Assembly (NCBI GenBank): GCA_009691445.1
Contig: SICL01000007.1
Span: 6,916 to 70,915 of the forward strand
Source: Candidatus Taenariivivens baikalensis
GTDB lineage: Bacteria; Omnitrophota; Omnitrophia; Omnitrophales; Aquincolibacteriaceae
Length of the DNA stretch: 64,000 bases
Direction: 5' to 3'
Below, in pieces: positions 27,937 to 38,059 of the stretch (its first letter is position 1; each line of letters begins with the position of its first letter). Made by a program: the position numbers and the translations under genes. Under the pieces are notes generated by a model, which was given only the letters and a program-made list of their open reading frames with translations, searched no databases and was not told the DNA's origin.

Positions 27937-28176
27937 TGTGAGGAGTCCCGCAGGACGACGCGGCAATCCCAGGGCACAACCCGAGATTGCTTCGCTTTGC
28001 TCGCAATGACCAACGGAAAGACATCCTGTAATAAGACGGGGGTTTTGTCATTGCGAGTCCCGCACTTGGGCGGAGACGCGGCAATCTCTGGGCGAACAAC
28101 CCGAGATTGTCCGCCACAAAATCTTCGGACGGATCCGCCGTGCTTTCTGGCGGACTTCGCTGCGGCTCGCAATGGC
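27931..28176. repeat. Two tandem GTCATTGCGAG-family elements; the second carries a nested 45-bp TCCGCCA...TGGCGGA insert
   Basis: Copy 1 at 27931-28011, copy 2 at 28046-28176; the insert at 28110-28154 splits gagattg|cttcg. Confidence 0.88.
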
Positions 28177-28209
28177 GTGCGTGAGTGGAGGTTTATGATG
28201 AAACCGCTT

Positions 28210-29739
28210 CTAAGTCGTTGCAAGACCTTGAGTCCCCTGAGTTTCATTGCGAAGCAATTGCTGAAGATAACTCAGTTGATTGGGGGTGCTGTTCACGGGA
28301 AGTGTATTCAAGTGCTGGGTTAAAGCCTGCACATCCGTATAACTATACTGGCCCAGCAGTTTCAGATAGGCTGCTACCACCTTGGGATCTTCCGGCTCTC
28401 CCAGGGTTTCAGCCATTGCCCTCGCACGTTCGAAATCCGTATCACCAAATTGATCACGAAAACGGCTCCAAGTATCAAGACGCTCTGAAAGTGTGGGGAT
28501 CTCGTTGATTAGGTAGCGGTATTCCAGAATATCCGCCCCGACATAACCGCTTCCCTGCCGCAAATTAAAAGGAAAAATCTCAACCAGATTCTGGCGTCTC
28601 AATTCATCCACTGCCAGGCGGAATTGTTCCCGGGGTATCGGGAAATCCTTTTCCACATTGCGCTCAGAACCCACCCAGACCGGTGATTCCCCACTCATCT
28701 GAAGACGGTAGCGAATGACGAAATAAGCATAGATGGCACGCGCTGAAAAGTCTTTGACGTAATTTTCATGAAAGAGAGTAAGTGACACCTGAACATTAGG
28801 AGTCAGCACCACCGGCAATTTAAGCGTCAGTTCAGGATGGGACGGATCTTCCCCTTGGATCGTCAGAAGTTTATATTGATTTGAAAGCCGCCGAAGCACT
28901 TCATCCACCTGATGATCCAGAGCCATGCGATCAATGGTTCGGTCGGATGGAATACGGTGGCTCAGTTCCTCCAGAGAAACCTTAAGCGTGTTTTGATGCG
29001 CTTCATAAAACTTTTCCAGAAGAAAAAGATAAATCTTGATGGCATCCCCGTCATCACTGCTGACCATCCCTGGAAAATACTTCACATCCTGTAAAAGAAA
29101 AACCGGCACTGCGAGTTCACCCACAGTCCGGGATTCTTTTTCCACCTTAAGATCCCAGAGCGGAAAAAATTCCATACGTGTTCTCTTCTTCTGCGCCAGC
29201 GATAGGGAATAACTCAGGGATGCGGAACCCAGCCCCTCCGTCAAATTTTCATGTGACCACGCCGGGCCTCCTTCCAGGACCATCGCTTCGTCCACCACAG
29301 CCAATTGATCGGATAACCGGTATTTGGGATTCACAAAATGAATTTGCATGCCTTCTTTTTCCAGATAGGCCAGCTTGTCTTCTCGTAAAAAAAGGGATTG
29401 ATCTGAGGCTTCGTCAGTAAAGGTATTCAAAAACATCCTGACCCTGACTCCTCGTTTGACCGCACTGACAAGATCCTCCAGTAAAATATTCACCGCATCC
29501 TTTTTTTCGTCGCGGATAACGATTTGAGTCAGACTGATATCAATTTGCTTGCGGGAAAAATTAAAAAGCTCGCGCAATTTGCTCATATACTGACGGTCGC
29601 TGACATCAATCACGCCGGATCCAGAATGAATTTTTTCCGCACTTTGAGAAGAAATCGGGACAAGAATAGGCGCTGCGCTCAAGGCCGGGATTTCAAAAAT
29701 CAGGGCCAGGAGAATGCCCCCGAGACTGATTCGATTCAT
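28210..29739 (-). CDS. Exported protein with degenerate phospholipase-D-like domain and helical C-terminal region
   Basis: GGAGG RBS before ATG 29739, signal peptide, PLD scaffold (IDIS...LVSAVKRGVRVRMFL) with the HKD position reading LSDQLAVVD. Confidence 0.7.
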   Translation of the reverse strand: MNRISLGGILLALIFEIPALSAAPILVPISSQSAEKIHSGSGVIDVSDRQYMSKLRELFNFSRKQIDISLTQIVIRDEKKDAVNILLEDLVSAVKRGVRVRMFLNTFTDEASDQSLFLREDKLAYLEKEGMQIHFVNPKYRLSDQLAVVDEAMVLEGGPAWSHENLTEGLGSASLSYSLSLAQKKRTRMEFFPLWDLKVEKESRTVGELAVPVFLLQDVKYFPGMVSSDDGDAIKIYLFLLEKFYEAHQNTLKVSLEELSHRIPSDRTIDRMALDHQVDEVLRRLSNQYKLLTIQGEDPSHPELTLKLPVVLTPNVQVSLTLFHENYVKDFSARAIYAYFVIRYRLQMSGESPVWVGSERNVEKDFPIPREQFRLAVDELRRQNLVEIFPFNLRQGSGYVGADILEYRYLINEIPTLSERLDTWSRFRDQFGDTDFERARAMAETLGEPEDPKVVAAYLKLLGQYSYTDVQALTQHLNTLPVNSTPNQLSYLQQLLRNETQGTQGLATT

Positions 29740-29760
29740 TGTAAACCTCCGCTCACCCAC

Positions 29761-29839
29761 GTCATCGCGAGGAGGCCAAAGGTCGACGCGGCGATCCCGG
29801 TTTGAGATTGCCGCGCTCGCTTTGCTCCCTCACAATGAC
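29761..29839. repeat. Intergenic GTCATTGCGAG-family element
   Basis: gtcatcgcgag...gcggcgatc...gagattgccgcg...cctcacaatgac. Confidence 0.85.
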
Positions 29840-29881
29840 ACACGTCTACGTGGTTCACCGAAGCCTTTCGATTCATTTTCA

Positions 29882-30862
29882 TCACGGCTTCACCTTATTT
29901 TCACGGCATCCCACAAGTTCAACCGTAATCATTCCGGTAAGAGCTACCCAGGGATGAAAAGGCTCCCCTTTAACTTCAAAAGTCCGCATGTCTCCGGACA
30001 CCGGCATGGGCATGTTCATACGTCCAATCGAACTCACTTTCGCGGAGGTAATCACAAGCTCTGCAATATCCTGACCCTTTCGATGCGTCAACGTCGCGTG
30101 ACTCACAGCTTCTACGGTCCCGTCGCGGCCTTTCATATGATAGATCCATTCTCCGCTCCACTTAGCTTCACTCAATTCCTTGCCTGAACTTTCCAGATTC
30201 AGATGAGCTTCTTCATCAATCGTTCCGGCGTCATAATCCGTTTCAAATTTGTGAGAATAATGATAATTAATTTTAGATTTCCAACCGAAACTGCATTCCA
30301 ATTCCTGGGTCAGCTCCCGCATGGAGCTATATTCATTTCCACTGTTAGTCATAAAAAATCCGGTTTTCCGAACCGCCTCAAGCGCCGTCATAAGACTCTC
30401 TTTGGAATCCCCTCTCTTAAGGTCTTCCAGTGCGTGCTTGCGCGCCTGTTCAAGCTCAGCCTCAATCGCGCGTCCTTCCGCCGTTTGCAAAAAAGCTTCG
30501 GTCGGCTGAAAATATTTTTGAAACTTAACAAGTTCAAGGAATTGTGAAGTTGCTTGTGCGGGATCTGACAGGTAAGTTTCGTTAATGTCTTTGATTTTCT
30601 GCTGGATATACTGACTCATCTTTTCGAACAGATAAGTCCGGACAATTTTAGCCGTCATTTCGTTTAATTCCGCCAAATCAGCTTTGCGGGCAATGATGCC
30701 CATATCATGAAAATAAACTTCTGAGAAATTGGACTTGGCACGGCCCATCATCTTATCGACCTGACTCTGAATCTCTTGTTCATACTCCGCATAGGCATTC
30801 AGAGAAAGAAAAAATGCCGCAGCAACCAGGGGTAAAGTCAAAAAGAAGTATTTTTTTTTCAT
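29882..30862 (-). CDS. Hypothetical exported protein
   Basis: Signal peptide ...LSLNAYA|EYE, GAGGGG RBS, 326-aa ORF; no family recognised. Confidence 0.7.
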   Translation of the reverse strand: MKKKYFFLTLPLVAAAFFLSLNAYAEYEQEIQSQVDKMMGRAKSNFSEVYFHDMGIIARKADLAELNEMTAKIVRTYLFEKMSQYIQQKIKDINETYLSDPAQATSQFLELVKFQKYFQPTEAFLQTAEGRAIEAELEQARKHALEDLKRGDSKESLMTALEAVRKTGFFMTNSGNEYSSMRELTQELECSFGWKSKINYHYSHKFETDYDAGTIDEEAHLNLESSGKELSEAKWSGEWIYHMKGRDGTVEAVSHATLTHRKGQDIAELVITSAKVSSIGRMNMPMPVSGDMRTFEVKGEPFHPWVALTGMITVELVGCRENKVKP

Positions 30863-30896
30863 ATCCCCTCAACCTTATATTAAAAAAGTTCTGCTG

Positions 30897-31580
30897 TTAA
30901 TTCACGCCAAGGTCTTCACTTCGGGGTGCCCCATGATCAAAATAATCCCACACGGGTCCTACGGGAAGCAGAACCTTCGTGTCGGAAAAATGAATCTCGC
31001 CAAGCTCGTCCACGGAAAAAAAAGAATCCGGCTGAATGGAGCTCACCGGGGAAGCTCTCACGAAGAATTGCGGCTCTTTGTTAAATTCTGCTTTTATCTC
31101 AAGAACACTAAAAAAATAATCCTGTTTGATGCCCTCGCTGAAACCACCCGGGAGCAGTTCTTCCTTGATCAATGTTTCCAGATCCGGGGCATAACGATCT
31201 CCGTATTTGGCGATATAAGCCGCTTGGGCATCATAGATCGCATGAAGCTGTTTGACCACAAAGCGATGCCGGATCTCCACGCAGTCCTTTGATCTCATAA
31301 AATCTTCTGCGGGAATCCTGATGACCTCGAAAGTCGCGCGATTCTTCAAAAGGATTCTTCCCGGTTCGAATCCCAACACTTCGTGATTTTCATAGTCATC
31401 GCCGATCTCGAGAAACTGATGGGCAATCATCCCCACGGAATTCTTCGGCTCAGTCGAATCAAATAAAACTGCTTTGAGAACATGTTCTGCGGGATAAGCA
31501 CCGGCCGAAACCGGATCCCAGGCCCCTAAAGAAACAAATGCCAGCGCCACGAATACCGGAACCCTGTAAAACAACGCCAT
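30897..31580 (-). CDS. Exported protein with GspC-like and pilin-head-like segments
   Basis: Signal-like N-terminus; LKAVLFD...LEIGDDY...GRILLK, then QLHAIYDAQAAY...RYAPDLETL...GIKQDYFF...ASPV...FFSVDELG. Confidence 0.55.
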   Translation of the reverse strand: MALFYRVPVFVALAFVSLGAWDPVSAGAYPAEHVLKAVLFDSTEPKNSVGMIAHQFLEIGDDYENHEVLGFEPGRILLKNRATFEVIRIPAEDFMRSKDCVEIRHRFVVKQLHAIYDAQAAYIAKYGDRYAPDLETLIKEELLPGGFSEGIKQDYFFSVLEIKAEFNKEPQFFVRASPVSSIQPDSFFSVDELGEIHFSDTKVLLPVGPVWDYFDHGAPRSEDLGVN

Positions 31581-31588
31581 TCTTTGCA

Positions 31589-32002
31589 CTAGTAAAGCCA
31601 CTCGTCAAATTCCAATAAAATGGGCTCTTGAGGAAAAGGGAAAGTAGCAATCTCATAACCACCCACGACCGTCCGTTTGATTGCATTAAAAGAACCTTTA
31701 ATCGTCCCCATCATAAACGCTCCAATCCCCGCCGGACGATCGTCCTTTTTACGATCAGCGTATTCCTCTTTCACTCCCTGAGGAATTTCAAGCCGCGCCA
31801 AAAATAAATTCTGGAGCCCCCGCTCGAGCTTCACCCCCGCCTTCACCTCATAAGCCTCGGCCTTAAATCCCGATTGGGATTCTGGGATGATAAAACTCTG
31901 ATCCGAGGAGGATTCCATCCCGAAGGCAGTTGGCGCGGTTAAACAGCCGAAAAAAAAAAGGGGATAAAACCCTCGGAAACAGAATTGAAGAAAAGACTTC
32001 AT
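31589..32002 (-). CDS. TIGR04073-like (exosortase-system-associated) protein
   Basis: KLERGLQNLF..LEIP...G..KG...RTVVGGYEIATFPFP pattern. Confidence 0.7.
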   Translation of the reverse strand: MKSFLQFCFRGFYPLFFFGCLTAPTAFGMESSSDQSFIIPESQSGFKAEAYEVKAGVKLERGLQNLFLARLEIPQGVKEEYADRKKDDRPAGIGAFMMGTIKGSFNAIKRTVVGGYEIATFPFPQEPILLEFDEWLY

Positions 32003-32400
32003 AAAACATCCCCCTGGATGGGCGAAAAAATAGGCGGTTGAGGCACAAAGCAGGTCACTATTTCATAAACGCCAACAATCGTCCTCCCTGCAAACCGAAA
32101 AATCCCGTAAGGAACTCCCAGTAAAACCCCTGTGACCACATGATTGCGCGGCCCCTCACTCATACGAATAGGGGTTTGAAGTAATTCAATCCATGCATAA
32201 AAGGCATTGGTAATTCCACGCACCAGCTTTGCGGAAGTATCTGATTCATACTGCCCGTAGGGATACATCGGTTCATCAATCTTGTATTCATATTTCGCGT
32301 AGGCCATGGAGAGGGCCGACACCACCCCCCACAAAAGGAAAATACTGATTTTTATTTTTTTAGTCGCCATATCTGTGTTCATTATTCGGCATTTGCTCAA
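31999..32400 (-). CDS. TIGR04073-like (exosortase-system-associated) protein, paralog
   Basis: KLVRGITNAF.AWIEL...GRTIVGVYEIVTCFVP; start codon uncertain. Confidence 0.7.
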   Translation of the reverse strand: MSKCRIMNTDMATKKIKISIFLLWGVVSALSMAYAKYEYKIDEPMYPYGQYESDTSAKLVRGITNAFYAWIELLQTPIRMSEGPRNHVVTGVLLGVPYGIFRFAGRTIVGVYEIVTCFVPQPPIFSPIQGDVL

Positions 32401-32421
32401 ATTTCATAAGCCTTGTATAAT
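32393..32421 (+). promoter_or_regulatory. Candidate sigma70 promoter
   Basis: TTGCTC-N17-TATAAT upstream of ATG 32436. Confidence 0.5.
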
Positions 32422-32435
32422 CCAACGTTTAGCTG

Positions 32436-32888
32436 ATGAAACCACTTCCTTTTTTTCTTATTCTTGCAATTTTCGCGATTGCTTCGCCCCCATGCCCTGC
32501 CAACGATTATCAAATATCCGACGAAAATGGCCAGGAAATCAAACTACCTCCATCGGTTATAATCTATACTCAAACCCATCCCGGAGGCTGGAAGAAAGAA
32601 GCAACCCTTCATGCTCCCAAGATTAAATCTCATATACGCTACTCCGGCCTGGAGCAGATACGGATTGTTACAATTGAAATCCCTCATCCCATGCAGGATG
32701 AAACATTAGGAGCTATCCAGAAAATCTACATTCTCGACAAAGACGCGCTTATCATTGGCTATCGTGAGTTCCATGCCTGGGATAAAAAAGCTACTTTTCT
32801 GGTGAAACTAAATGGCGTCATCAATTACATCAAGGTGTTCATTACCTGCTCGAAGCACGGCGATTGGCTCTCTGAAATCCGTTTTTGA
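32436..32888 (+). CDS. Exported desulfoferrodoxin/superoxide-reductase-like domain protein
   Basis: Signal peptide, PGGW...HAPKI, HPM and CSKHGDW motifs. Confidence 0.65.
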   Translation: MKPLPFFLILAIFAIASPPCPANDYQISDENGQEIKLPPSVIIYTQTHPGGWKKEATLHAPKIKSHIRYSGLEQIRIVTIEIPHPMQDETLGAIQKIYILDKDALIIGYREFHAWDKKATFLVKLNGVINYIKVFITCSKHGDWLSEIRF

Positions 32889-32958
32889 TTTTTGACTGCT
32901 TTTCATCAAAAGATTTCTATGATAAAGTGAGGTTCTTCCTTGGAGGGAATTCAAAATT

Positions 32959-34041
32959 ATGCTTAAGCTGATGCGGAAAAACACAAAAACAATTATCTGG
33001 CTCGTGATTATTACCTTCATGCTGTGGGGAGGATATGCCGTAAGCACCCAGTTTCAAAAACAAGGGCGCATTGCCGGAGAAATCTTTGGCAAAGAAATTA
33101 CCTACCAGGAATTCAATACCTTTTACCGGTCTAACCAGATTTTTTCCTTTGCCGGGAAAAAGCCTCCTGAAGATTCAAGCGTTCTTAATCTGCAAACCTG
33201 GCAGAGCCTGATCTACGCTTATGAAGCAAGAAATCAGAAGGTCAAGATCACTGATGACGAAGTCCGCGAGGAAATCATGCGGCTTCTCAAAGATCAAAAA
33301 ATCGAAAATCCATCTCCGCAGTTTTATGAGCGCTGGCTTCTGAGTTCTTTTGGATTCAGACCCAATGAATTTGAAAAACAGCTCCGGGAACTGCTCAGTA
33401 TCCAGAAACTCGTCAGACAGTTTAATGAGGCGGTTGTGGCAGAACCGTCCAAGGCAGATATTCAGGAACGTTTCGAGCACGAACATAACTCCTTGAATCT
33501 TGATCTTGTGGAGATCTCCAAACCCGACGAAGCTAAAGCCTTTTATGACAAAGTCAAAGCAAACCCGTCAGCTTGGGATGCCCAGATCAATGCCCATGCC
33601 TATAAAGTCCAAACCACGGGCAAGATCGCGCTCGATGCTGTGATCAATTTATGGCAGATTCCTAAAGATACCGCTTCCGGTCTTTTAAAACAGCCTGTCG
33701 GTTTCATCACTCCGCCTTTCCAGCGCTTTAATGCTCAATCGCTGGCGAGGATCAAAGGAAAAGAACTCGCGGATGAAAAGAAATTCACTGCGGAACTTAA
33801 AAAGCAGTATGGTGAGAATCTCAAAAATCAGAAAAAATATGAGCGATTTTTGAAATGGAATGGGGACCTTGAAACAAGGGCCAACCTGAAGGACTACACG
33901 CCTAAACCGCCTGCGGCTAAACCTGTTCCAGAAGAATCATCGTCCTCCCCCAAGGTCACGACGGCTCCGGCCGGGGTTTCCACAAAAACCAATGATACGG
34001 TTTCTAAGGTCGTTCAAACTTCCCAAAAAGGAAACGGGTAA
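32959..34041 (+). CDS. SurA N-terminal domain (PpiD-like) chaperone
   Basis: [14 protein letters not shown] + TM helix, [27 protein letters not shown]; GGAGG RBS. Confidence 0.8.
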   Translation: MLKLMRKNTKTIIWLVIITFMLWGGYAVSTQFQKQGRIAGEIFGKEITYQEFNTFYRSNQIFSFAGKKPPEDSSVLNLQTWQSLIYAYEARNQKVKITDDEVREEIMRLLKDQKIENPSPQFYERWLLSSFGFRPNEFEKQLRELLSIQKLVRQFNEAVVAEPSKADIQERFEHEHNSLNLDLVEISKPDEAKAFYDKVKANPSAWDAQINAHAYKVQTTGKIALDAVINLWQIPKDTASGLLKQPVGFITPPFQRFNAQSLARIKGKELADEKKFTAELKKQYGENLKNQKKYERFLKWNGDLETRANLKDYTPKPPAAKPVPEESSSSPKVTTAPAGVSTKTNDTVSKVVQTSQKGNG

Positions 34042-35105
34042 TGCCTTACAAGGTTTCAGAGCTTGCCCAGAAAGTTCAAGGCAAGGTTGTGGGAGATCCT
34101 GAGCTGATGATCTCAGGAATCACCAATTTTGAGAATCCAGGCGCAGGTCAAATTACTTTTATTCAGGAAGAAAAATTTCTTCCCGGACTGGAGAGTTCTT
34201 CCATTGCCTGCTTAATTGTTCCGGAGAAAATCTTAAGCTCCTCTAAAACTTTGATCCAGGTCAAGCATCCTAAACTCGCCTGGGCCAAACTTCTTTCTGA
34301 GTTTCATCCGCCTCGTCATTTTGTAGGAACGATTTCATCGCAAGCCTCCATTTCTCCCACCGCAAAACTCGGGAAAAGCGTAACGATTGAACCTTTTGCC
34401 ATCATCGGCAATCACGTTGAAATCGGAGACTACACGGTCATCCGTTCTCATACCTTTGTGGACGATCATTCCAAAATCGGAAGCCATTCCCTCCTCCACC
34501 CAGGCGTGATGATATATGATCACTCTGTCATTGGCTCCCGCGTGATTATTCACAGCGGCTCCGTCATCGGCTCCGATGGGTTTGGGTATGTGCCTACAGA
34601 AAATGCGCAGGAAAAAGTGCCTCAAGTGGGAAATGTGATTGTGGAAGATGATGTTGAGCTCGGCGCTTGCGTCACGATTGACCGCGCTACCGTCGGTTCG
34701 ACCGTGATTGGAAAAGGATGTAAGATCGATAACTCTGTTCAAATAGGCCACAATGTGACCATCAAAGAACACACGGTCATTTCCGCCCAAACCGGCATTT
34801 CTGGAAGCTGCAAGATCGGAAGCCATGTCACGATGGGCGGTAAAGCAGGACTGGGAGATCATGTCGAGATCGGAGATTGGACGGTAGTTGGAGCCGGGTC
34901 CGGTTTTCCTACAGGAAAAAAAGTTCCCGCTAAACAAATCGTATTTGGCCAGCCCGCAAGGCCCTACCAGGAAGCAAGAAAACAAATTGCCGCACAGCTT
35001 CGCGCCGCCGAAATGCTGGATGATATTCGAAAGCTGAAAAAGCAGGTCGCTCAGTTGGAACAAAAACTCAAAATCTCAGCCGTTTCTCCCGCCGATCAAG
35101 CTTAG
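34041..35105 (+). CDS. lpxD: UDP-3-O-acylglucosamine N-acyltransferase
   Basis: Hexapeptide repeats, [33 protein letters not shown]. Confidence 0.95.
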   Translation: MPYKVSELAQKVQGKVVGDPELMISGITNFENPGAGQITFIQEEKFLPGLESSSIACLIVPEKILSSSKTLIQVKHPKLAWAKLLSEFHPPRHFVGTISSQASISPTAKLGKSVTIEPFAIIGNHVEIGDYTVIRSHTFVDDHSKIGSHSLLHPGVMIYDHSVIGSRVIIHSGSVIGSDGFGYVPTENAQEKVPQVGNVIVEDDVELGACVTIDRATVGSTVIGKGCKIDNSVQIGHNVTIKEHTVISAQTGISGSCKIGSHVTMGGKAGLGDHVEIGDWTVVGAGSGFPTGKKVPAKQIVFGQPARPYQEARKQIAAQLRAAEMLDDIRKLKKQVAQLEQKLKISAVSPADQA

Positions 35106-35678
35106 AAATTCTGCACGGACACGATCCATATTTCTGAAACTTCCAAGCATCGCACTCGTGGTCGTAAACGCTGTCTTCTGTTGAACTCCGCGCATGGCCA
35201 TACAAAGATGAAGTGCCTCAATCACCACTCCGACTCCCCTGGGTTTGAGCGCCGTCATAAGACAATTGGCGATTTCAGAAGTTAAACGTTCCTGCACCTG
35301 AAGACGGCGTGCAAAAACTTCGACAATTCTTGGAATCTTGCTCAGACCGACAATTTTTCCGTTGGGAATATAGGCCACATGCGCTCTACCGTAAAAAGGA
35401 AGCATGTGATGTTCGCAAAGGGAAAAGATCTGAATGTCTTTAACGACCACCATTTCGTCGTAGGGTTCATTAAAAACCGCATTCTTGAGAATGCTCTGAA
35501 TGTCCTGGCGATAGCCGTGAGTCAAAAATTTCAAAGACGCTGCGACACGGGCCGGCGTGCGGACAAGCCCTTCGCGGGAAGGATTCTCTCCAAGAAGCGC
35601 GATAAGTTCGTGGACATGCTTTTCGATTTTAGCAAGATCACTGGAAGGAGAACGAATCAGCTTCGTGGATTTTTTCAT
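35076..35678 (-). CDS. folE: GTP cyclohydrolase I
   Basis: [44 protein letters not shown]. Confidence 0.96.
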   Translation of the reverse strand: MKKSTKLIRSPSSDLAKIEKHVHELIALLGENPSREGLVRTPARVAASLKFLTHGYRQDIQSILKNAVFNEPYDEMVVVKDIQIFSLCEHHMLPFYGRAHVAYIPNGKIVGLSKIPRIVEVFARRLQVQERLTSEIANCLMTALKPRGVGVVIEALHLCMAMRGVQQKTAFTTTSAMLGSFRNMDRVRAEFLSLIGGRNG

Positions 35679-36688
35679 GGCTGAACCGCAGAAAGTGACG
35701 ACACTAAAGATTCCGCCGCTTTTAAAAATGCCTTGGCTACGGGAGAATCCGGAGAAGAAATAACGACGGGACTTCCCGCATCTCCAGCCTTGCGGATAAG
35801 CACTTCAAGAGGGATCTCTCCCAAAAGCGGAACCTGATACTGTTCCGCTAATTTTTTTCCGCCTCCGGAACCAAACATTTCTCCGGTCATATTTTCGATA
35901 ACCCCGAGAATAGGCACCTGTGTTTTTTGAAACATCGCAATGCCTTTACGTACATCTAAAAGCGCGACTTCCTGCGGGGTTGTCACCATTACCGCACCCG
36001 TTAAAGGCACCGTCTGAACCAATGAGAGCTGAACATCGCCGGTTCCAGGAGGAAGATCCACGACCAAAAAATCAAGATTCCCCCACTCAACTTTTTGTAG
36101 AAACTGGGTCACCGCGCCGTGCAGCATGGGCCCGCGCCAAACCATCGGTTGATCCGCCGGCACCAGGACTCCCATCGAAATCATTTTAAGTCCATGCGCC
36201 TGGATTGGAATTAATTTTTCATCTTCGGAAACTTCGGGACGGACACTCGAAGGAACACCCAACATCATGGGAACATTCGGCCCATAGATATCCCCATCCA
36301 TGAGACCCACGCGATAGCCTAGCTTCAAAAGCGCGCAAGAAAGATTCACGGATACGGTTGTTTTCCCCACGCCGCCCTTGCCGCTTGAAACTGCAATCAC
36401 GTGCTGAACTCCGGGAAGCGGCGTTTTAGGCATAAAGGCCGCGCTTTGCCGTTCGGCTTTGGAAATTTCCACATGAACCTGCAAAGGCTGGACCGATGGC
36501 CGCAGCTTCTCCAAAATAAGCTCAGTGAGCTGCTGATGCATACGCTGAGAGCTCGACGTTACCGCTAAATAAATCGTGACGGCTTGGGATTCTACTTTAA
36601 TCTCACGGACCATCCCCAGAGAAACGATGTCCCGTTTAAGGTCAGGATCCTGGACTTGTTTAAGAAGTTCAAGAATTTTTTCTTTCAA
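35675..36688 (-). CDS. apbC: Mrp/NBP35 Fe-S cluster carrier ATPase
   Basis: [13 protein letters not shown]-terminal domain, [32 protein letters not shown]. Confidence 0.92.
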   Translation of the reverse strand: MKEKILELLKQVQDPDLKRDIVSLGMVREIKVESQAVTIYLAVTSSSQRMHQQLTELILEKLRPSVQPLQVHVEISKAERQSAAFMPKTPLPGVQHVIAVSSGKGGVGKTTVSVNLSCALLKLGYRVGLMDGDIYGPNVPMMLGVPSSVRPEVSEDEKLIPIQAHGLKMISMGVLVPADQPMVWRGPMLHGAVTQFLQKVEWGNLDFLVVDLPPGTGDVQLSLVQTVPLTGAVMVTTPQEVALLDVRKGIAMFQKTQVPILGVIENMTGEMFGSGGGKKLAEQYQVPLLGEIPLEVLIRKAGDAGSPVVISSPDSPVAKAFLKAAESLVSSLSAVQP

Positions 36689-37863
36689 GCGAACACCTCT
36701 TTTTTTGACTCGTCCTTACGATAGAAGACTCGAAGTTCTTGAACTGTTTTCACAAGAACTTCGATCAATGCCTGGATGTCTTCACGCGATGTTTCATGAC
36801 CAAAACTAAAACGAAGGGAAGCCTTGGCCTGGGTATCTGAAAGCCCCATCGCCTTTAAAACATGCGAAGGATCATTTGCCCCGCTCATGCAGGCGGAACC
36901 ACTCGAAAGACAAATCCCTTTTTGATCAAGCACCATTAAAAGCGATTCCGATTCAATCCCTTCAAAGCCCAGATTGCTCGTATTGCAAAGCCGCTCAGCC
37001 CCTTGCCCATTAAAAAAGATTCCGGAAATTCTTTGGCGGATTTCCTGTTCAAATTCGTCCCGAAGAGAAGCGATTCTGGAAATATTCTCTTGAAGCTGTC
37101 GGCTCACACACTGAGCGGCAGAGCCCATACCAACAATTCCTGGGACATTTTCTGTTCCAGCACGCCGCGCACGTTCCTGGGATCCTCCAAAAATCAAAGA
37201 TTGATACAGAACTCCGGAGCGCACATAAAGCGCACCGACACCTTTGGGACCATAAATCTTATGCGCAGAAAGCGAAAGATAATCCGCATGGAAATCCCGA
37301 ACTGAAAAGACATACTTTCCCGCGGCCTGAACTCCATCAATGTGGAAAGGAATCTGACGACTCATCAGCATCTCCCCTATCTCGCGGAAAGGAAAGAGGA
37401 TGCCAGTCTCGTTGTTCGCCATCATCAAAGAAACCACAGCGGTACGATCACTCACCGCTTTTAAGAATTCGGAGTAATTCAAATTTCCTAAATGGTCCAC
37501 CCCCACGTAATGGACTTGATATCCCTCTTTTTCAAGCTGCTTGCACACCTTGAGCACACTGGAATGTTCCACAACGCTTGTGACCACCTCGCGCCGGTTG
37601 GGATGAGAGGCAAGAGCTGAGCGAATTGCTGTATTATTGCTTTCAGTTCCTCCGCTGGTAAAAATGATCTCACTTTCATCACGGGCGTCTACCAAAGATG
37701 ACACCTGACGGCGAGCTTTTTTGATCGCATTTTTAGGAATATTTCCCAACTGATGTGTGCTGGAGGGATTACCAAAATGCTCTTGATAAAAGGGCCTCAT
37801 TGCCTCCCAAACTTCAGGGGCAACCGGGGTCGTTGCATTGTAATCAAAATATTTTGTTTTCAT
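36685..37863 (-). CDS. Cysteine desulfurase (IscS/NifS family)
   Basis: YFDYNATTP, FGNPSS, FTSGGTES, ANNETG, SAHKIYGPKG, SSGSAC. Confidence 0.93.
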   Translation of the reverse strand: MKTKYFDYNATTPVAPEVWEAMRPFYQEHFGNPSSTHQLGNIPKNAIKKARRQVSSLVDARDESEIIFTSGGTESNNTAIRSALASHPNRREVVTSVVEHSSVLKVCKQLEKEGYQVHYVGVDHLGNLNYSEFLKAVSDRTAVVSLMMANNETGILFPFREIGEMLMSRQIPFHIDGVQAAGKYVFSVRDFHADYLSLSAHKIYGPKGVGALYVRSGVLYQSLIFGGSQERARRAGTENVPGIVGMGSAAQCVSRQLQENISRIASLRDEFEQEIRQRISGIFFNGQGAERLCNTSNLGFEGIESESLLMVLDQKGICLSSGSACMSGANDPSHVLKAMGLSDTQAKASLRFSFGHETSREDIQALIEVLVKTVQELRVFYRKDESKKEVFA

Positions 37864-37935
37864 GATTTGAATAGGACCACGGTGATAGCAAACGCTCATT
37901 AATGTTCTATCTGAAACGGATCATAGGTGGGATGA

Positions 37936-37963
37936 ATTATGCTTTTTTCTACCTTGAAGTCAA
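37936..37963 (-). promoter_or_regulatory. Candidate sigma70 promoter for desulfurase-apbC-folE
   Basis: Minus strand TTGACT-N16-CATAAT. Confidence 0.4.
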
Positions 37964-37976
37964 ATGAAACTTGATC

Positions 37977-38049
37977 TGTCATTGCGAGCAAAACGAAGCA
38001 ATGTCTGCGCTTTAGATTGCCGCGGTCGCTATGCTCCCCCGCAATGACA
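37977..38049. repeat. Intergenic GTCATTGCGAG-family element
   Basis: tgtcattgcgagc...gaagcaat...agattgccgcg...cgcaatgaca. Confidence 0.87.
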
Positions 38050-38059
38050 CAGCTTGGCT

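Noticed and set aside
27926-28323. Small ORFs over 27926-28323
   Set aside because: They are readings of the repeat cluster (VIASKAKQS, EIAAS-type peptides), not independent genes.
34335-35063. 242-aa minus ORF
   Set aside because: Antisense shadow of lpxD.
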